Program-made: the position numbers and the translations under genes
The notes under the pieces: model-generated
The model's database searches: none
The model's input: only the letters and a program-made list of their open reading frames with translations
Told to the model about the DNA's origin: nothing
Shown: positions 7,268-16,194 of the stretch, piece by piece
Layout: the number at the start of each line of letters is the position of its first letter
Numbering within the stretch: the stretch's first letter is position 1
DNA from: an uncultured bacterium
GTDB taxonomy: Bacteria; Abyssobacteria; SURF-5
Direction of reading: 5' to 3'
NCBI GenBank assembly: GCA_964607485.1
Contig: CAZSKP010000027.1
Coordinates: forward strand, 48,050-66,026
Length of the DNA: 17,977 bases

Positions 7268-8446
7268 TCAGGCCGTCTGTCTCACTGGCGGAAGAAACGT
7301 GGCCTTCCTGGGCTTCATTCCGAAAAGGAGCCGGGCCGCCTTCGTTCGTCTCACGAGCGAATCGTACAGGAAGATGGTCGCTATCAGCGAAGCGACGCAG
7401 ATGACGAGAAATTTTTCAAGCACGCCCGCGTTCAATTTGAGCGCATAGTACCCGGTCACGACAATCACAGCGTGATGGAGAACATAGAAAGGCAAGGCGG
7501 CCTCGACTGCATATTTGAGAACCTTGTTGCCGAAATTCAGGTATCTGCGGCCGAAACCCAGGATGGCAACTATCCAGAACCACGAATTGAATCCGGTGAG
7601 GATCATATACGAGATCCATCCCGGCGAATAGCCGGCTGCGGGAGCGGCGCCCGTCCAGCGAAGGGCAAAGATGGCCGACATGCAGATGAGCCCCAAACCG
7701 AGGGAAACCCGGGCGTGTCTCTCCAATGCTCGGCCGAAGCGTGCGTCGGAAAACAACAGGTAACCGTAAATGAAGACGATGAGATAGAAGGAGAAGTTCG
7801 CCCAGTCATCATACAAGTTCTGAAAATTGGGCCACCTCGCCCGCAGCGCCGCCTCGCTGATGGCAAGAGGAACAGCGAGCAGGAATATCGCGCCGCGACG
7901 CTCGCACACGGAGGCAAGCCCGGCAACGAGCCGCCCGCCCGACCCTTTTCTGAGGGAAAGAAAGAGCGGCAGAGCGAGCATCGAGAAGACGAACAGATAG
8001 GCGAGAAACCACAGGTGCCCCCATGAGAAGTTCCCCCGGGGGTAGATGCCCTCGAAGAAATGCGGGTAGAAATCAACGTAGGAACCGACGAACTCGTGGT
8101 AGTAGAGACGCTGATAGTACACCATGAGCGGAATGATGGCGAGCGTGCCGAAGACCAGCGGAACCGCGAGCCGCTTGGTCCTTTCTCCGATGTACTGGCC
8201 GCCGCTCCGGACTCCTAATGAGAAGCGCGTGGCCGCTCCCGACAGGAGGAAGAAGAGCGGCATGTGCCATTGGAACAGGAAGTGGGCAAAGGCCTCCATG
8301 ACGGCGTTCGGCTGACCTTTGATGTAGGAGACGTGCCCCCTGTCGAAGATTACCGCGGTGTGGTAGGGAACGAGCAGCAGCACCGCCAACACCCTCAGCC
8401 AGTCGATATCGTGGCGCCTCTCGGGCAGGCCTCTCACTTCATTCAT
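7268..8446 (-). CDS. Acyltransferase family 3 membrane protein (OpgC/MdoC-like)
   Basis: RRHDIDWLRVLA, WHMPLFFLLSG, ERTKRLAVPLVFG, HLWFLAYLF and PFYVLHH motifs plus many hydrophobic segments. Start is ATG 8446 after GGAGG, overlapping the TetR stop by 8 nt. Confidence 0.9.
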   Translation of the reverse strand: MNEVRGLPERRHDIDWLRVLAVLLLVPYHTAVIFDRGHVSYIKGQPNAVMEAFAHFLFQWHMPLFFLLSGAATRFSLGVRSGGQYIGERTKRLAVPLVFGTLAIIPLMVYYQRLYYHEFVGSYVDFYPHFFEGIYPRGNFSWGHLWFLAYLFVFSMLALPLFLSLRKGSGGRLVAGLASVCERRGAIFLLAVPLAISEAALRARWPNFQNLYDDWANFSFYLIVFIYGYLLFSDARFGRALERHARVSLGLGLICMSAIFALRWTGAAPAAGYSPGWISYMILTGFNSWFWIVAILGFGRRYLNFGNKVLKYAVEAALPFYVLHHAVIVVTGYYALKLNAGVLEKFLVICVASLIATIFLYDSLVRRTKAARLLFGMKPRKATFLPPVRQTA

Positions 8447-9200
8447 GCTTCCCCTCCCCGCGAGTCGAGTCGGGCGGGTCGGACCGCATGTCCGAGGGCG
8501 TTCCATTCCTGAGCCCTCGCGAAATGATCGAGACCAGGTCGGGGAGCGCTTCGGACTTGGAATAAAGCGGGGCGGTCCCGATGGCAAACTGTCTCCAGCC
8601 GAACCAGGCCACCGATTCCAAGATGAAGCGGACCGTCGCCGGGACCGAGGTCAATGGCCGGACCGCTCCCAGCCGTATCCGAGCGGCGAGATACCGCTCA
8701 AGCTGTCCCAAGACCTGTTTGCGGGCATACGTGTCAAACACCTCCGCCAGCTCGGGAAATTCGGGGGCCGACTTCTCCAGAACGATAACCTGCACACGGT
8801 TCCTCTCGACCGTGTCCCACCATTCCTCCAGGATCTCGCCCAACTCTCCCTCCACGTCGATATCCCCGGCTTCCCTCGCCAGAAATTTGTCTATGCTTTT
8901 CAGCCGACTTCCTTCCCTCAATCCCTCCTTTATCAAGAGAAGAAGCTCCTGCTCGCTCGCCGGGAATGCGTCGCCGGGAGGAACCGGCGGGACGTTTTCA
9001 TCCGGCATGCCCTCCTCGAGCACGTAATGGAACAGATGCACCTTGCTCTGGAAATAATTGTAGAGCGTCCCTTTCGCGACCCCGGCCTCTTTTGCAATCT
9101 CCTCCATCTGGGCCAGCCGGAACCCCTTTCGGCTGAACACGTCGATTGCAGCCCTGATGATGTCGATGATTCGGTTCTCAGGCTTCACCCTCTGTGACAT
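8439..9200 (-). CDS. TetR/AcrR family transcriptional regulator
   Basis: N-terminal HTH IIRAAIDVFSRKGF...MEEIAKEAGVAKGTLYNYFQSK; AGGAGG RBS upstream. Confidence 0.95.
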   Translation of the reverse strand: MSQRVKPENRIIDIIRAAIDVFSRKGFRLAQMEEIAKEAGVAKGTLYNYFQSKVHLFHYVLEEGMPDENVPPVPPGDAFPASEQELLLLIKEGLREGSRLKSIDKFLAREAGDIDVEGELGEILEEWWDTVERNRVQVIVLEKSAPEFPELAEVFDTYARKQVLGQLERYLAARIRLGAVRPLTSVPATVRFILESVAWFGWRQFAIGTAPLYSKSEALPDLVSIISRGLRNGTPSDMRSDPPDSTRGEGKHE

Positions 9201-9274
9201 GGGAACCTCCTACTATCAGAGTCGATTTTCGCCTCTGCTCTGTCATAGGTTCGGCCAAACGAGCGGCAAGGAAT

Positions 9275-9293
9275 TGACTGACTTGGTCAGTCA
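9275..9293. promoter_or_regulatory. Perfect palindrome, probable TetR autoregulatory operator
   Basis: TGACTGAC-ttg-GTCAGTCA lies immediately downstream of the -10 box of the tetR promoter and covers the expected transcription start. Confidence 0.75.
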
Positions 9294-9294
9294 T

Positions 9295-9323
9295 ATCTTA
9301 GCACCTGTGCATGGATTTGTCAA
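9295..9323 (-). promoter_or_regulatory. Sigma70 promoter of the tetR-acyltransferase operon
   Basis: Minus strand TTGACA (9323-9318), 17-nt spacer, TAAGAT (9300-9295), with extended -10 TG. Confidence 0.8.
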
Positions 9324-9431
9324 GCGGGAGAGCACGAACGCTCCTTAACAGGCCAGCGCGTGCGCTGTAAGTCCCGAATTCCAATCAACTATCATCTTGC
9401 CCAGCCAGCACACCGTATCCCCCTTTGTGAC

Positions 9432-9598
9432 GGGGCAGCTACCACAGGAGGTTGCCCCTACCGAGGGTTTCCCTATGATCCGACAAGAACAGCACGGGAA
9501 CATCTGGTAGGGGCAGGCCCCCGTGCCTGCCCCGCGAATATCCGCATAATTGCGATAATGCGGGAGAAAGACGGGCAGACACGGGGGTCTGCCCCTAC
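9432..9598. repeat. Cluster of three GTAG-type REP palindromes (REPIN/BIME-like)
   Basis: 9432-9461 (minus): GTAG-GGGCAACCTCCTGTGGTAGCTGCCCC. 9507-9532 (plus): GTAG-GGGCAGGCCCCCGTGCCTGCCC. 9573-9598 (minus): GTAG-GGGCAGACCCCCGTGTCTGCCC. Copies 2 and 3 form an inverted doublet. Confidence 0.8.
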
Positions 9599-9726
9599 GA
9601 GAAGATACATGATGGTCCAACCGGAAGCAGGAGCGTACCGGAAGTGGAATAGCTGCAACCACCCTCGCGAACACTTGGGGCAAGGGGGCATTTTCAAACT
9701 CCCCTATTTTCGGGAGGGAGGACTAG

Positions 9727-9752
9727 CATACATTAGGGGGGTATGGTATAAT
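9727..9752 (+). promoter_or_regulatory. csoR operon promoter with overlapping CsoR-type operator
   Basis: Extended -10 TG-G-TATAAT (9744-9752). Inverted repeat CATAC (9727-9731) / GTATG (9741-9745) flanks a G-tract, the TAC...G-tract...GTA pattern of CsoR/RcnR operators. Confidence 0.75.
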
Positions 9753-9790
9753 TGTGGTAAGAGGGGCGAAGCAAAACCGAGAGGAGAACA

Positions 9791-10069
9791 ATGGCCACGA
9801 TAACCACACACATGGAACAGGTAGCGAGGCTTAAGAGAATCGAGGGGCAGATTCGCGGCGTCCAGCGAATGATCGAGGAAGAACGCTACTGCATCGACAT
9901 CCTCAATCAGTTGCAGGCGGTCGAGGCCGCCATCAAGCGCGTCGAGGCCAACATTCTCAGAAAACATTTGCAGGGGTGCGTCGCCACGGCGGTGCGCACG
10001 GGCTCGGAACGCGAACAGGACGCCAAGTTGGACGAGATTATCAAGCTGCTGTTCAGGTTCAAGGCGTAG
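9791..10069 (+). CDS. csoR: CsoR family copper-sensing transcriptional repressor
   Basis: RLKRIEGQIRGVQRMIEEERYC-IDILNQ...KHLQGC gives the Cys-His-Cys Cu(I) fingerprint. GAGGAG RBS; lies upstream of a Cu ATPase. Confidence 0.92.
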   Translation: MATITTHMEQVARLKRIEGQIRGVQRMIEEERYCIDILNQLQAVEAAIKRVEANILRKHLQGCVATAVRTGSEREQDAKLDEIIKLLFRFKA

Positions 10070-10086
10070 TCGGAGGGATTGAGACA

Positions 10087-10551
10087 ATGAGCCGCATGGA
10101 GAGTGAAGTCGGAACGGTAATCGAAGCCGGCGCCGGACGCGCACGGGTGGAGGTGTCGCAGAGCGGCATCTGCGAGCATTGCGACATGGCTTCGAGCTGC
10201 GTTCCCACGTCGGGAGGCAATCGAAAGATCGAGGTTCTGGACCCGCTCGGTGTGTCGGTGAACCAGCGGGTGCGGGTCGAGCTCGGCTCCGGCAGCCTCA
10301 TCGGGGCCTCTTTTCTGGGTTACATATTGCCGCTTCTGGGCCTGTTCGCAGGAGTCGTTGTGGGATTCTACTCTGCCGGCCCGGGCCTCAGGGAACTCTG
10401 GGGCGGGCTGGGAGCGGTCGCGGGCCTGGCGGTGGGACTGCTGGTCTCGCGCCTGACGGGCCAATACTTCGGAAGACGGGGGAAACTGACGCCGACCATA
10501 ACCGCTGTTGTCACCGACGAGGGCGGAAAGGAGAAGGAAGATGCAGACTAA
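10087..10551 (+). CDS. rseC: RseC/MucC (SoxR-reducing system) family membrane protein
   Basis: E-x-G-x-V start, [10 protein letters not shown] (C-x2-C-x5-C), '[16 protein letters not shown]' and two C-terminal TM helices. Start is ATG 10087 after GGAGG (ATG 10096 is an alternative); the ORF-track start at 9976 overlaps csoR. Confidence 0.82.
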   Translation: MSRMESEVGTVIEAGAGRARVEVSQSGICEHCDMASSCVPTSGGNRKIEVLDPLGVSVNQRVRVELGSGSLIGASFLGYILPLLGLFAGVVVGFYSAGPGLRELWGGLGAVAGLAVGLLVSRLTGQYFGRRGKLTPTITAVVTDEGGKEKEDAD

Positions 10552-13225
10552 GAAATTTTCCGTCAAAGGAATGTCGTGCAACCACTGCGTGCAGACGGTC
10601 GCGGGCGCGCTGAGAAGACTGCCCGGCGTGAAATTCGTCGAGGTCTCGCTCGAAGGGAAATCGGCCTCCGTTCGGTTCGACGAAAGCCGGGTAGGCGCCA
10701 AAGGGATCGAGCAGGCCATAGTAGAGGCCGGATTCGAAATGGGTGAAGAACCCGGCGATGGGGAGGACGAAGAGTCAGACTCGCATCCGCCCGCGACGAC
10801 TTCCCCGCCGGCCAGGGACGCCCCCGCCGCTCCCGCGAAGAAAACGGGCCGGTTCAAGATTTCCGGCATGACGTGCGCCACCTGCGCGAACACCATCGAG
10901 AAAGGCGTCGGGGAACTCGAGGGCGTTGCGCGCGCGGCGGTCAACTTCGCCGCCGAGACGCTGACCGTGGAATACGCGGGCGACGACGGCGAGCCGTCCA
11001 GCGTCGTGAAAAAGGTGGAGGCCCTCGGCTACAAGGCCCGGTCCGAAGACGGGGAAAGCGGCAGGCTGACGTTTTTGGTCGGCGGTATGCATTGCGCAAC
11101 CTGTGCGGGCAACATCGAGGGCAAGCTCGGCTCCCTTGCCGGCGTGAAGTCGGTCGCCGTGAACTTCGCCGCCGAAAAGGCGACGGTCGAATACGACCCG
11201 TCGCAGATCGACCGAGCCGGCATATTCCGAGAGGTCCGCACCCTCGGTTATGTGCCCCGTGAGGAGGAAGAAGAGGCCGAGTCGGAGGGCAGGCGCGAAC
11301 TGTACTGGCTGCTCTACAGCGTCGCCCTGACCATACCGATACTCGTGCTCACGTACACCGGCCTCATCGGTTCAGGCAGGGCGTATGCTCTGTTCGCGCT
11401 GACGACTATCCTTCAGTTCACCGCCGGTTTCATCTTCTATTCCGGCTCGTACCATTCGCTCAAGAACAAATCCGCCAACATGGACGTCCTCATCGCGCTC
11501 GGTATCAGCGCCGCCTATCTGTACAGCGTCGCGGTCACGTTCTTCCCTTCGGCCATGCCCGCCAGCCACCTGTTCTATGAGACATCGGCGCTGCTTATCT
11601 GTTTCGTGAGATTCGGGAAGATGCTCGAGGCCCGCGCAAAGGGCCGGGCCAGTCGCGCCCTGCGAAAACTCCTCGAACTCCAGGCCGACCGCGCGCGCCT
11701 CTTGACCGACGAAGGCGAACGCGAAGTCGCAGCCTCCGACGTCGGAGTGGGCGACGTGGTCCTGGTGAAGGCGGGCGAGAAGATTCCGGTTGACGGCGTC
11801 ATCGTGGAGGGCTCATCCAGCGTGGACGAATCGATGCTCACCGGCGAGTCGATACCCGTTGACAGGGAGCCGGGCGACGAGGTCGCCGGCGCGACCATAA
11901 ACCGGACGGGCGTGCTCAAGATACGCGCGACGCGGGTCGGGAAAGATTCCGTGCTCTCGCTGATCGTGCGGATGGTCGAGGAAGCCCAGGGCGACAAGGC
12001 GCCCATCCAGAGGTTCGCCGATACGGTTTCCAATTACTTCGTGCCCGCGGTCGTCCTCGCCGCCGTCGTGACCTTCGCGCTCTGGCTTGTTTTCGGGACG
12101 CCCGCCACAGGCGGCAGCGTGTTCATCCTCGCGCTCTCGGCGGCGATAGCCGTGCTCGTCATCGCATGTCCGTGCGCCCTCGGCCTGGCGACGCCGACCG
12201 CGATAATGGTCGGCAGCGGAGTCGGCCTGAACCGGGGCATACTGTTCAAGAAGGCGTCGGTGCTCGAGAATATCTCGCGGCTGCAGACGCTCGTGTTCGA
12301 CAAGACGGGCACCGTCACGCGGGGCAAGCCGCAGGTGACTGACGTGCTCGCGCTCGACGGAAGCATGGCCGAGGACGAACTGCTGCGGCTCGCCGCTGCG
12401 GCCGAGAGCAGGTCGTCGCATCCGCTCGCCGAGGCTGTCACGGAGGAGGCCCGCGCGCGTGGGGTTGAGCCAAGGAACGTGTCGCAATGCGAAGAGCTGG
12501 GCGGCAAAGGGATCGTGTGCAAGCTGGATGACGGCGAACTTGCCGTGGGCAACCTCAAGCTGCTGGAAAAATACGGCGTCGATTATTCGCAGGCCGCACA
12601 GCACGCCGACCGGCTAATGTCGGAAGGCAAGACGCTGATATACGTGGCCTCGGGCGGCAAGCTCAAGGGGCTGGTGGCGTTGGCCGACACGCCGAAAGAG
12701 AACGCGGCGCAGGCGCTCGGAGAGTTGAGGAAGCTCGGGCTGAAGACCTGCATGATCACGGGAGACAACCGGCGCGTCGCAGAAGCCATCGCGCGGCAGC
12801 TCGGCATCGAGGAGGTCGAGGCCGAGGTGCTTCCGGAGGACAAGATCGAGACCGTCAGGAAATACCAGGCGAACAAGCTGCGCGTCGGAATGGTCGGAGA
12901 CGGCATAAACGACGCGCCCGCGCTGGCGCAGGCGGACATAGGCGTGGCCATAGGCTCGGGCACCGACATCGCAAAGGAAACGGGCGACGTCGTGCTGGTG
13001 AGAAGCGACTTGATGGACGTTGTCCGCGCCATACGGCTTGGCCGATTCACGCTGCGAAAGGTCAAGCAGAACCTCTTCTGGGCGATGATCTACAACTCTC
13101 TGGGAATCCCGATAGCCGCGTTCGGGCTGCTCGAACCGCAGTGGGCGGGGCTTGCGATGGCGCTCTCGTCGGTCTCCGTGGTGACAAACTCGCTGCTGCT
13201 CAGGCGCGTGGACCGCAGGCTCTGA
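10541..13225 (+). CDS. copA: Cu(I)-translocating P1B-1 type ATPase with three N-terminal metal-binding domains
   Basis: [56 protein letters not shown] and M-x-x-S-S. Start is ATG 10541, overlapping the rseC end by 11 nt. Confidence 0.96.
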   Translation: MQTKKFSVKGMSCNHCVQTVAGALRRLPGVKFVEVSLEGKSASVRFDESRVGAKGIEQAIVEAGFEMGEEPGDGEDEESDSHPPATTSPPARDAPAAPAKKTGRFKISGMTCATCANTIEKGVGELEGVARAAVNFAAETLTVEYAGDDGEPSSVVKKVEALGYKARSEDGESGRLTFLVGGMHCATCAGNIEGKLGSLAGVKSVAVNFAAEKATVEYDPSQIDRAGIFREVRTLGYVPREEEEEAESEGRRELYWLLYSVALTIPILVLTYTGLIGSGRAYALFALTTILQFTAGFIFYSGSYHSLKNKSANMDVLIALGISAAYLYSVAVTFFPSAMPASHLFYETSALLICFVRFGKMLEARAKGRASRALRKLLELQADRARLLTDEGEREVAASDVGVGDVVLVKAGEKIPVDGVIVEGSSSVDESMLTGESIPVDREPGDEVAGATINRTGVLKIRATRVGKDSVLSLIVRMVEEAQGDKAPIQRFADTVSNYFVPAVVLAAVVTFALWLVFGTPATGGSVFILALSAAIAVLVIACPCALGLATPTAIMVGSGVGLNRGILFKKASVLENISRLQTLVFDKTGTVTRGKPQVTDVLALDGSMAEDELLRLAAAAESRSSHPLAEAVTEEARARGVEPRNVSQCEELGGKGIVCKLDDGELAVGNLKLLEKYGVDYSQAAQHADRLMSEGKTLIYVASGGKLKGLVALADTPKENAAQALGELRKLGLKTCMITGDNRRVAEAIARQLGIEEVEAEVLPEDKIETVRKYQANKLRVGMVGDGINDAPALAQADIGVAIGSGTDIAKETGDVVLVRSDLMDVVRAIRLGRFTLRKVKQNLFWAMIYNSLGIPIAAFGLLEPQWAGLAMALSSVSVVTNSLLLRRVDRRL

Positions 13226-13233
13226 GCCGCGAC

Positions 13234-13929
13234 TCAGACGGACTGGTCGAGGTCGAGCATGTCCGTGCCTTCGATATAAGTCGCGGAACGAACCCGCTTG
13301 AGCTTCGTTATTCGCTTGAGCACTTCTTGTATTCTGCTGCAGCTCTTGAGCACTATGTCAATGTCGTCGGGCGAGACTTCCGCTTCCTTCAGGTCGTGGA
13401 GCATGTTTTCCGCCGACAGCACGATCGCCTGGAGGGGGTTGTTGATTTCGTGGTGGAGCGTTATTGCCATTTCTCCAAGGGCGGCGAGCTTCTCGGCCTC
13501 GGTTAGTTTTGCGCGGGTGGCGTTGAGCTCGTCGTAAAGCCTCTTGTTTCGCATCGCCGAGCGCACGCGCGCGAGCAGCTCCTGCGCGTCGAACGGTTTT
13601 GTCACGTAGTCGTACGCCCCGCTCTCGAGGCCCTTTATCTTGCTGCTCACGTCGTCCATCGACGTCACCAGGATGACGGGGACGTACCTGTCCTTGTGAA
13701 TCTGATTGAATTTTCGACAGGCATCGAAACCGCTCATGTCCGGGAGCACGACATCGAGCAGAATGAGATGGGGGCGCGTCCTGCTGTCGGCGGACAGGGC
13801 TTCGCCGGCGCTGTGAGCGACTGTGACGTCGTAGCCGAGCGCGTCCAGCTTCGTCTTCAAGAGGTCGGCATTGATGGGGTCGTCGTCGACGACCAGTATC
13901 TTGCCTTTCTCTTTGCCGGTCTCGTTCAT
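13234..13929 (-). CDS. Response-regulator receiver domain fused to a HisKA (DHp) domain, with no HATPase or DNA-binding domain
   Basis: REC motifs ILVVDDD, LILLDVVLPDMSG, ILVTS and YVTKPF; a coiled-coil linker; H-box AEKLAALGEMAITLHHEINNPL. The protein ends about 60 aa after the H-box with no N/G1/F/G2 boxes. ATGA overlap with the upstream gene. Confidence 0.88.
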   Translation of the reverse strand: MNETGKEKGKILVVDDDPINADLLKTKLDALGYDVTVAHSAGEALSADSRTRPHLILLDVVLPDMSGFDACRKFNQIHKDRYVPVILVTSMDDVSSKIKGLESGAYDYVTKPFDAQELLARVRSAMRNKRLYDELNATRAKLTEAEKLAALGEMAITLHHEINNPLQAIVLSAENMLHDLKEAEVSPDDIDIVLKSCSRIQEVLKRITKLKRVRSATYIEGTDMLDLDQSV

Positions 13930-16163
13930 TTTGCGACGAATGTCGTCTTCGCTGCGCCAACGTTGCCGAAGTAATCGACCGCCTTCACGACGACCGTATG
14001 CTCGCCCTGTTCAAGCTTATCGGTCGTGAACGTCACTTTCTCGGAGAGGGAATCGAAGATTCCGTCCTCGGGAAACACCGGCGTCCAGTCGCCCGCGTCT
14101 ATGCTGTACTGTGCCGAGCGTACCGGGCTGAGGTTGTCGGAAACGACGCACGCGACCCGATAGTCCTCTGACCCGCCCGAGCGGCGCGATGCGCGCAGCG
14201 ACGTGACGGTCGGTGAGGTGTTGTCTATCATGAAAGGCTCGCTCACCCTTTCGGCCTCGAGCGCCGATGCCGCCGGGTTGCTGGGCGAATCGCTCGCAAC
14301 GACCTTAACGTGATACTCGCCGTCGGGCACGGCCTCGGTATCCCACTCGTAGCTTTTTTCCTTCAGTTCGTCCTTAAGAAGCATCCAGCGTGTTTCGCCG
14401 GTTCCCTTGAAGTAGAGCTTATATATGAGCGTATCGCCGTTTTCATCATCCGCCTGCCATTGTATGTTCTGCTTCGTCTCGTGGGCGCCCGGAGCGGTCT
14501 TTACTCCGTCCTTGCTCGCCTTGCCGTTTCCATCCTGCCCGGAGGCAGGTGCGCCTCCCGAGGCGAGAGCCTTGAGCGCCTTTGCCATTTCGCTCGCGCC
14601 GGGAACTTCTTTCTTACCGCCGCCCGCCTCGGCGCCGACGCTGACAGACTGAACCTCCGGGGCAAGGTTCGTTTGCAGATAGGCCACCGTCACCTTGCGA
14701 AGAGTCGGCGCCTTCTTCGGGTTGGAGGTGGTCAACGTCGCGCGCCATTGAATGTAGCGGGCGCTGGGCGACTCCGAGACAAATCCTTCGGCGTTCGTCT
14801 GTTCCCGAGACCATTCGCTCCACGTATCGTCGGGTTCCTCGCTGTTGCCGCTCCGTGTCGCGAGGGAGATGCGCGTTTGAGAAGGCGTGTCCGCTTCCCA
14901 GAACACCTTTCCCCACCGCGAGACCGCCGTGGCGTCGTGGACCTGCGAGGTGAAGTCGCCCTTCGACGAGTAGCCGCCGTCAAACCTGACAACAGCCGCG
15001 TCGTTGCCGAGGGAAGCAATTATCACGCCACTTGCAGAACGATGCAGGCCGAGAACCTGTTTCTGCTCGGCCTTGTAGTAGATTCCATCCTCTCCCGTGG
15101 GCGAAATCTCGTATATTATCCCGTCATCCCCCGAGCCCGCCAGCAGATTGCTCCCGTCAAAAACTGTCGAAAAAATCAACTTCTCGGGCGACGTCCAGAA
15201 TTTCGAGGCGGCTCCGTCTTTCGCAATCTTGTACACGATGCAGGTGCGCTTCTTGGGGCTCGGAATTGCAGGCATGCCCGGCACCGCGGGGGCCGCCTCG
15301 GCCTGGACGGCGTGCTGAACGGCGGCGGCGACCGCTTGGGCGGCCGCTGCCTGGGCGGCCTTAGGCATGGCGGGGACCGCCTGCGGCGGAATCTTCATGA
15401 AGAGTTCTCCGGGCGAAGAAACCGCATAGAGGTTGCCCTCGGAGTCCATGCTCAGCGATGTGACTTCTTCGAGCTCGGTGTCGTAGAAGACGAACGGGTG
15501 TCCGTCTTTGCCCAGCTTATAGATGATACCGTTCTGCTCGCTGCCCGCGTAGAGGTTGCCCTCGGCGTCGCCCAGAAGGGAAAGGATGCGCCGTTCGGAC
15601 GAGTCGTAGAGAACCTTGCCCTTCCCCTGGGCTTCGACGCCGAAAATCTGTCCGTTGTCGCCGGTTCCCGCATAGAGCATCCCGCCGAGCCCTCTGTAGA
15701 GCGCCCACACCGAGTCCTGGCCCGTGTCAAAGTATTCCGCTATCTCACCCCCGGCGTTGACGGAATAGATTTTCCCGCCGGGGAAACCTCCCGCGTAAAG
15801 AGTGTTCTTCTTGTCAATTGCGAGGGCGAACACTTGCTGCAGCTCCAGGTCGGCGAACACCTCTGTCTCGCCTCCCTTGGAAATCTTGAATATCTTGCCG
15901 TCGTTTCCGGTACCCGCGTAGATATTTCCCTTGGAGTCCTCTGTAAGCGTCCACGCGTACAGGGCGTCGATGAGAGAGACGTCGGCGCTTGGCCCGAGCG
16001 TAATCTGTCCCGGCGCCATGACGGACACACCGTCGGGCTCGCCCGCGTCGAAATCCTCTTTCGATTCCGACTCCCACAGTGAACTGCTCACGGCCCAGAC
16101 GCTTGCAGCGGCAAAAAGAACGATGAAAAAGGTTACGCTTCTCAAGGCTTTGCGGGATACCAC
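13926..16163 (-). CDS. Secreted beta-propeller repeat protein with C-terminal Fn3/Ig-like domains, function unknown
   Basis: Signal peptide and repeated G-N-(I/L)-Y-A-G-(T/S) blades. An Ala/Pro/Gln-rich insert, then WDTEAVPDGEYHVKVVASD and GEHTVVVKAVDYFGN Ig-like ends. GTG start after AAGGAGG. Confidence 0.75.
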   Translation of the reverse strand: MVSRKALRSVTFFIVLFAAASVWAVSSSLWESESKEDFDAGEPDGVSVMAPGQITLGPSADVSLIDALYAWTLTEDSKGNIYAGTGNDGKIFKISKGGETEVFADLELQQVFALAIDKKNTLYAGGFPGGKIYSVNAGGEIAEYFDTGQDSVWALYRGLGGMLYAGTGDNGQIFGVEAQGKGKVLYDSSERRILSLLGDAEGNLYAGSEQNGIIYKLGKDGHPFVFYDTELEEVTSLSMDSEGNLYAVSSPGELFMKIPPQAVPAMPKAAQAAAAQAVAAAVQHAVQAEAAPAVPGMPAIPSPKKRTCIVYKIAKDGAASKFWTSPEKLIFSTVFDGSNLLAGSGDDGIIYEISPTGEDGIYYKAEQKQVLGLHRSASGVIIASLGNDAAVVRFDGGYSSKGDFTSQVHDATAVSRWGKVFWEADTPSQTRISLATRSGNSEEPDDTWSEWSREQTNAEGFVSESPSARYIQWRATLTTSNPKKAPTLRKVTVAYLQTNLAPEVQSVSVGAEAGGGKKEVPGASEMAKALKALASGGAPASGQDGNGKASKDGVKTAPGAHETKQNIQWQADDENGDTLIYKLYFKGTGETRWMLLKDELKEKSYEWDTEAVPDGEYHVKVVASDSPSNPAASALEAERVSEPFMIDNTSPTVTSLRASRRSGGSEDYRVACVVSDNLSPVRSAQYSIDAGDWTPVFPEDGIFDSLSEKVTFTTDKLEQGEHTVVVKAVDYFGNVGAAKTTFVAK

Positions 16164-16194
16164 GCTTTCTCCTCCTTACCGTTACGGTTCTCTC

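Noticed and set aside
8447..8587. N-terminal extension of the acyltransferase in the ORF track
   Set aside because: It lies inside tetR; the SD and family alignment point to ATG 8446.
9345..9803. ORFs 9345..9683, 9360..9803 and 9473..9697; CRISPR interpretation of the repeats
   Set aside because: The ORFs cross REP palindromes and the csoR promoter. The repeats alternate in orientation and no cas genes are present, so this is not a CRISPR array.
10735..10860. E. coli-style programmed -1 frameshift releasing CopZ from copA
   Set aside because: No CCCAAAG or other X-XXY-YYZ slippery site found in the linker.
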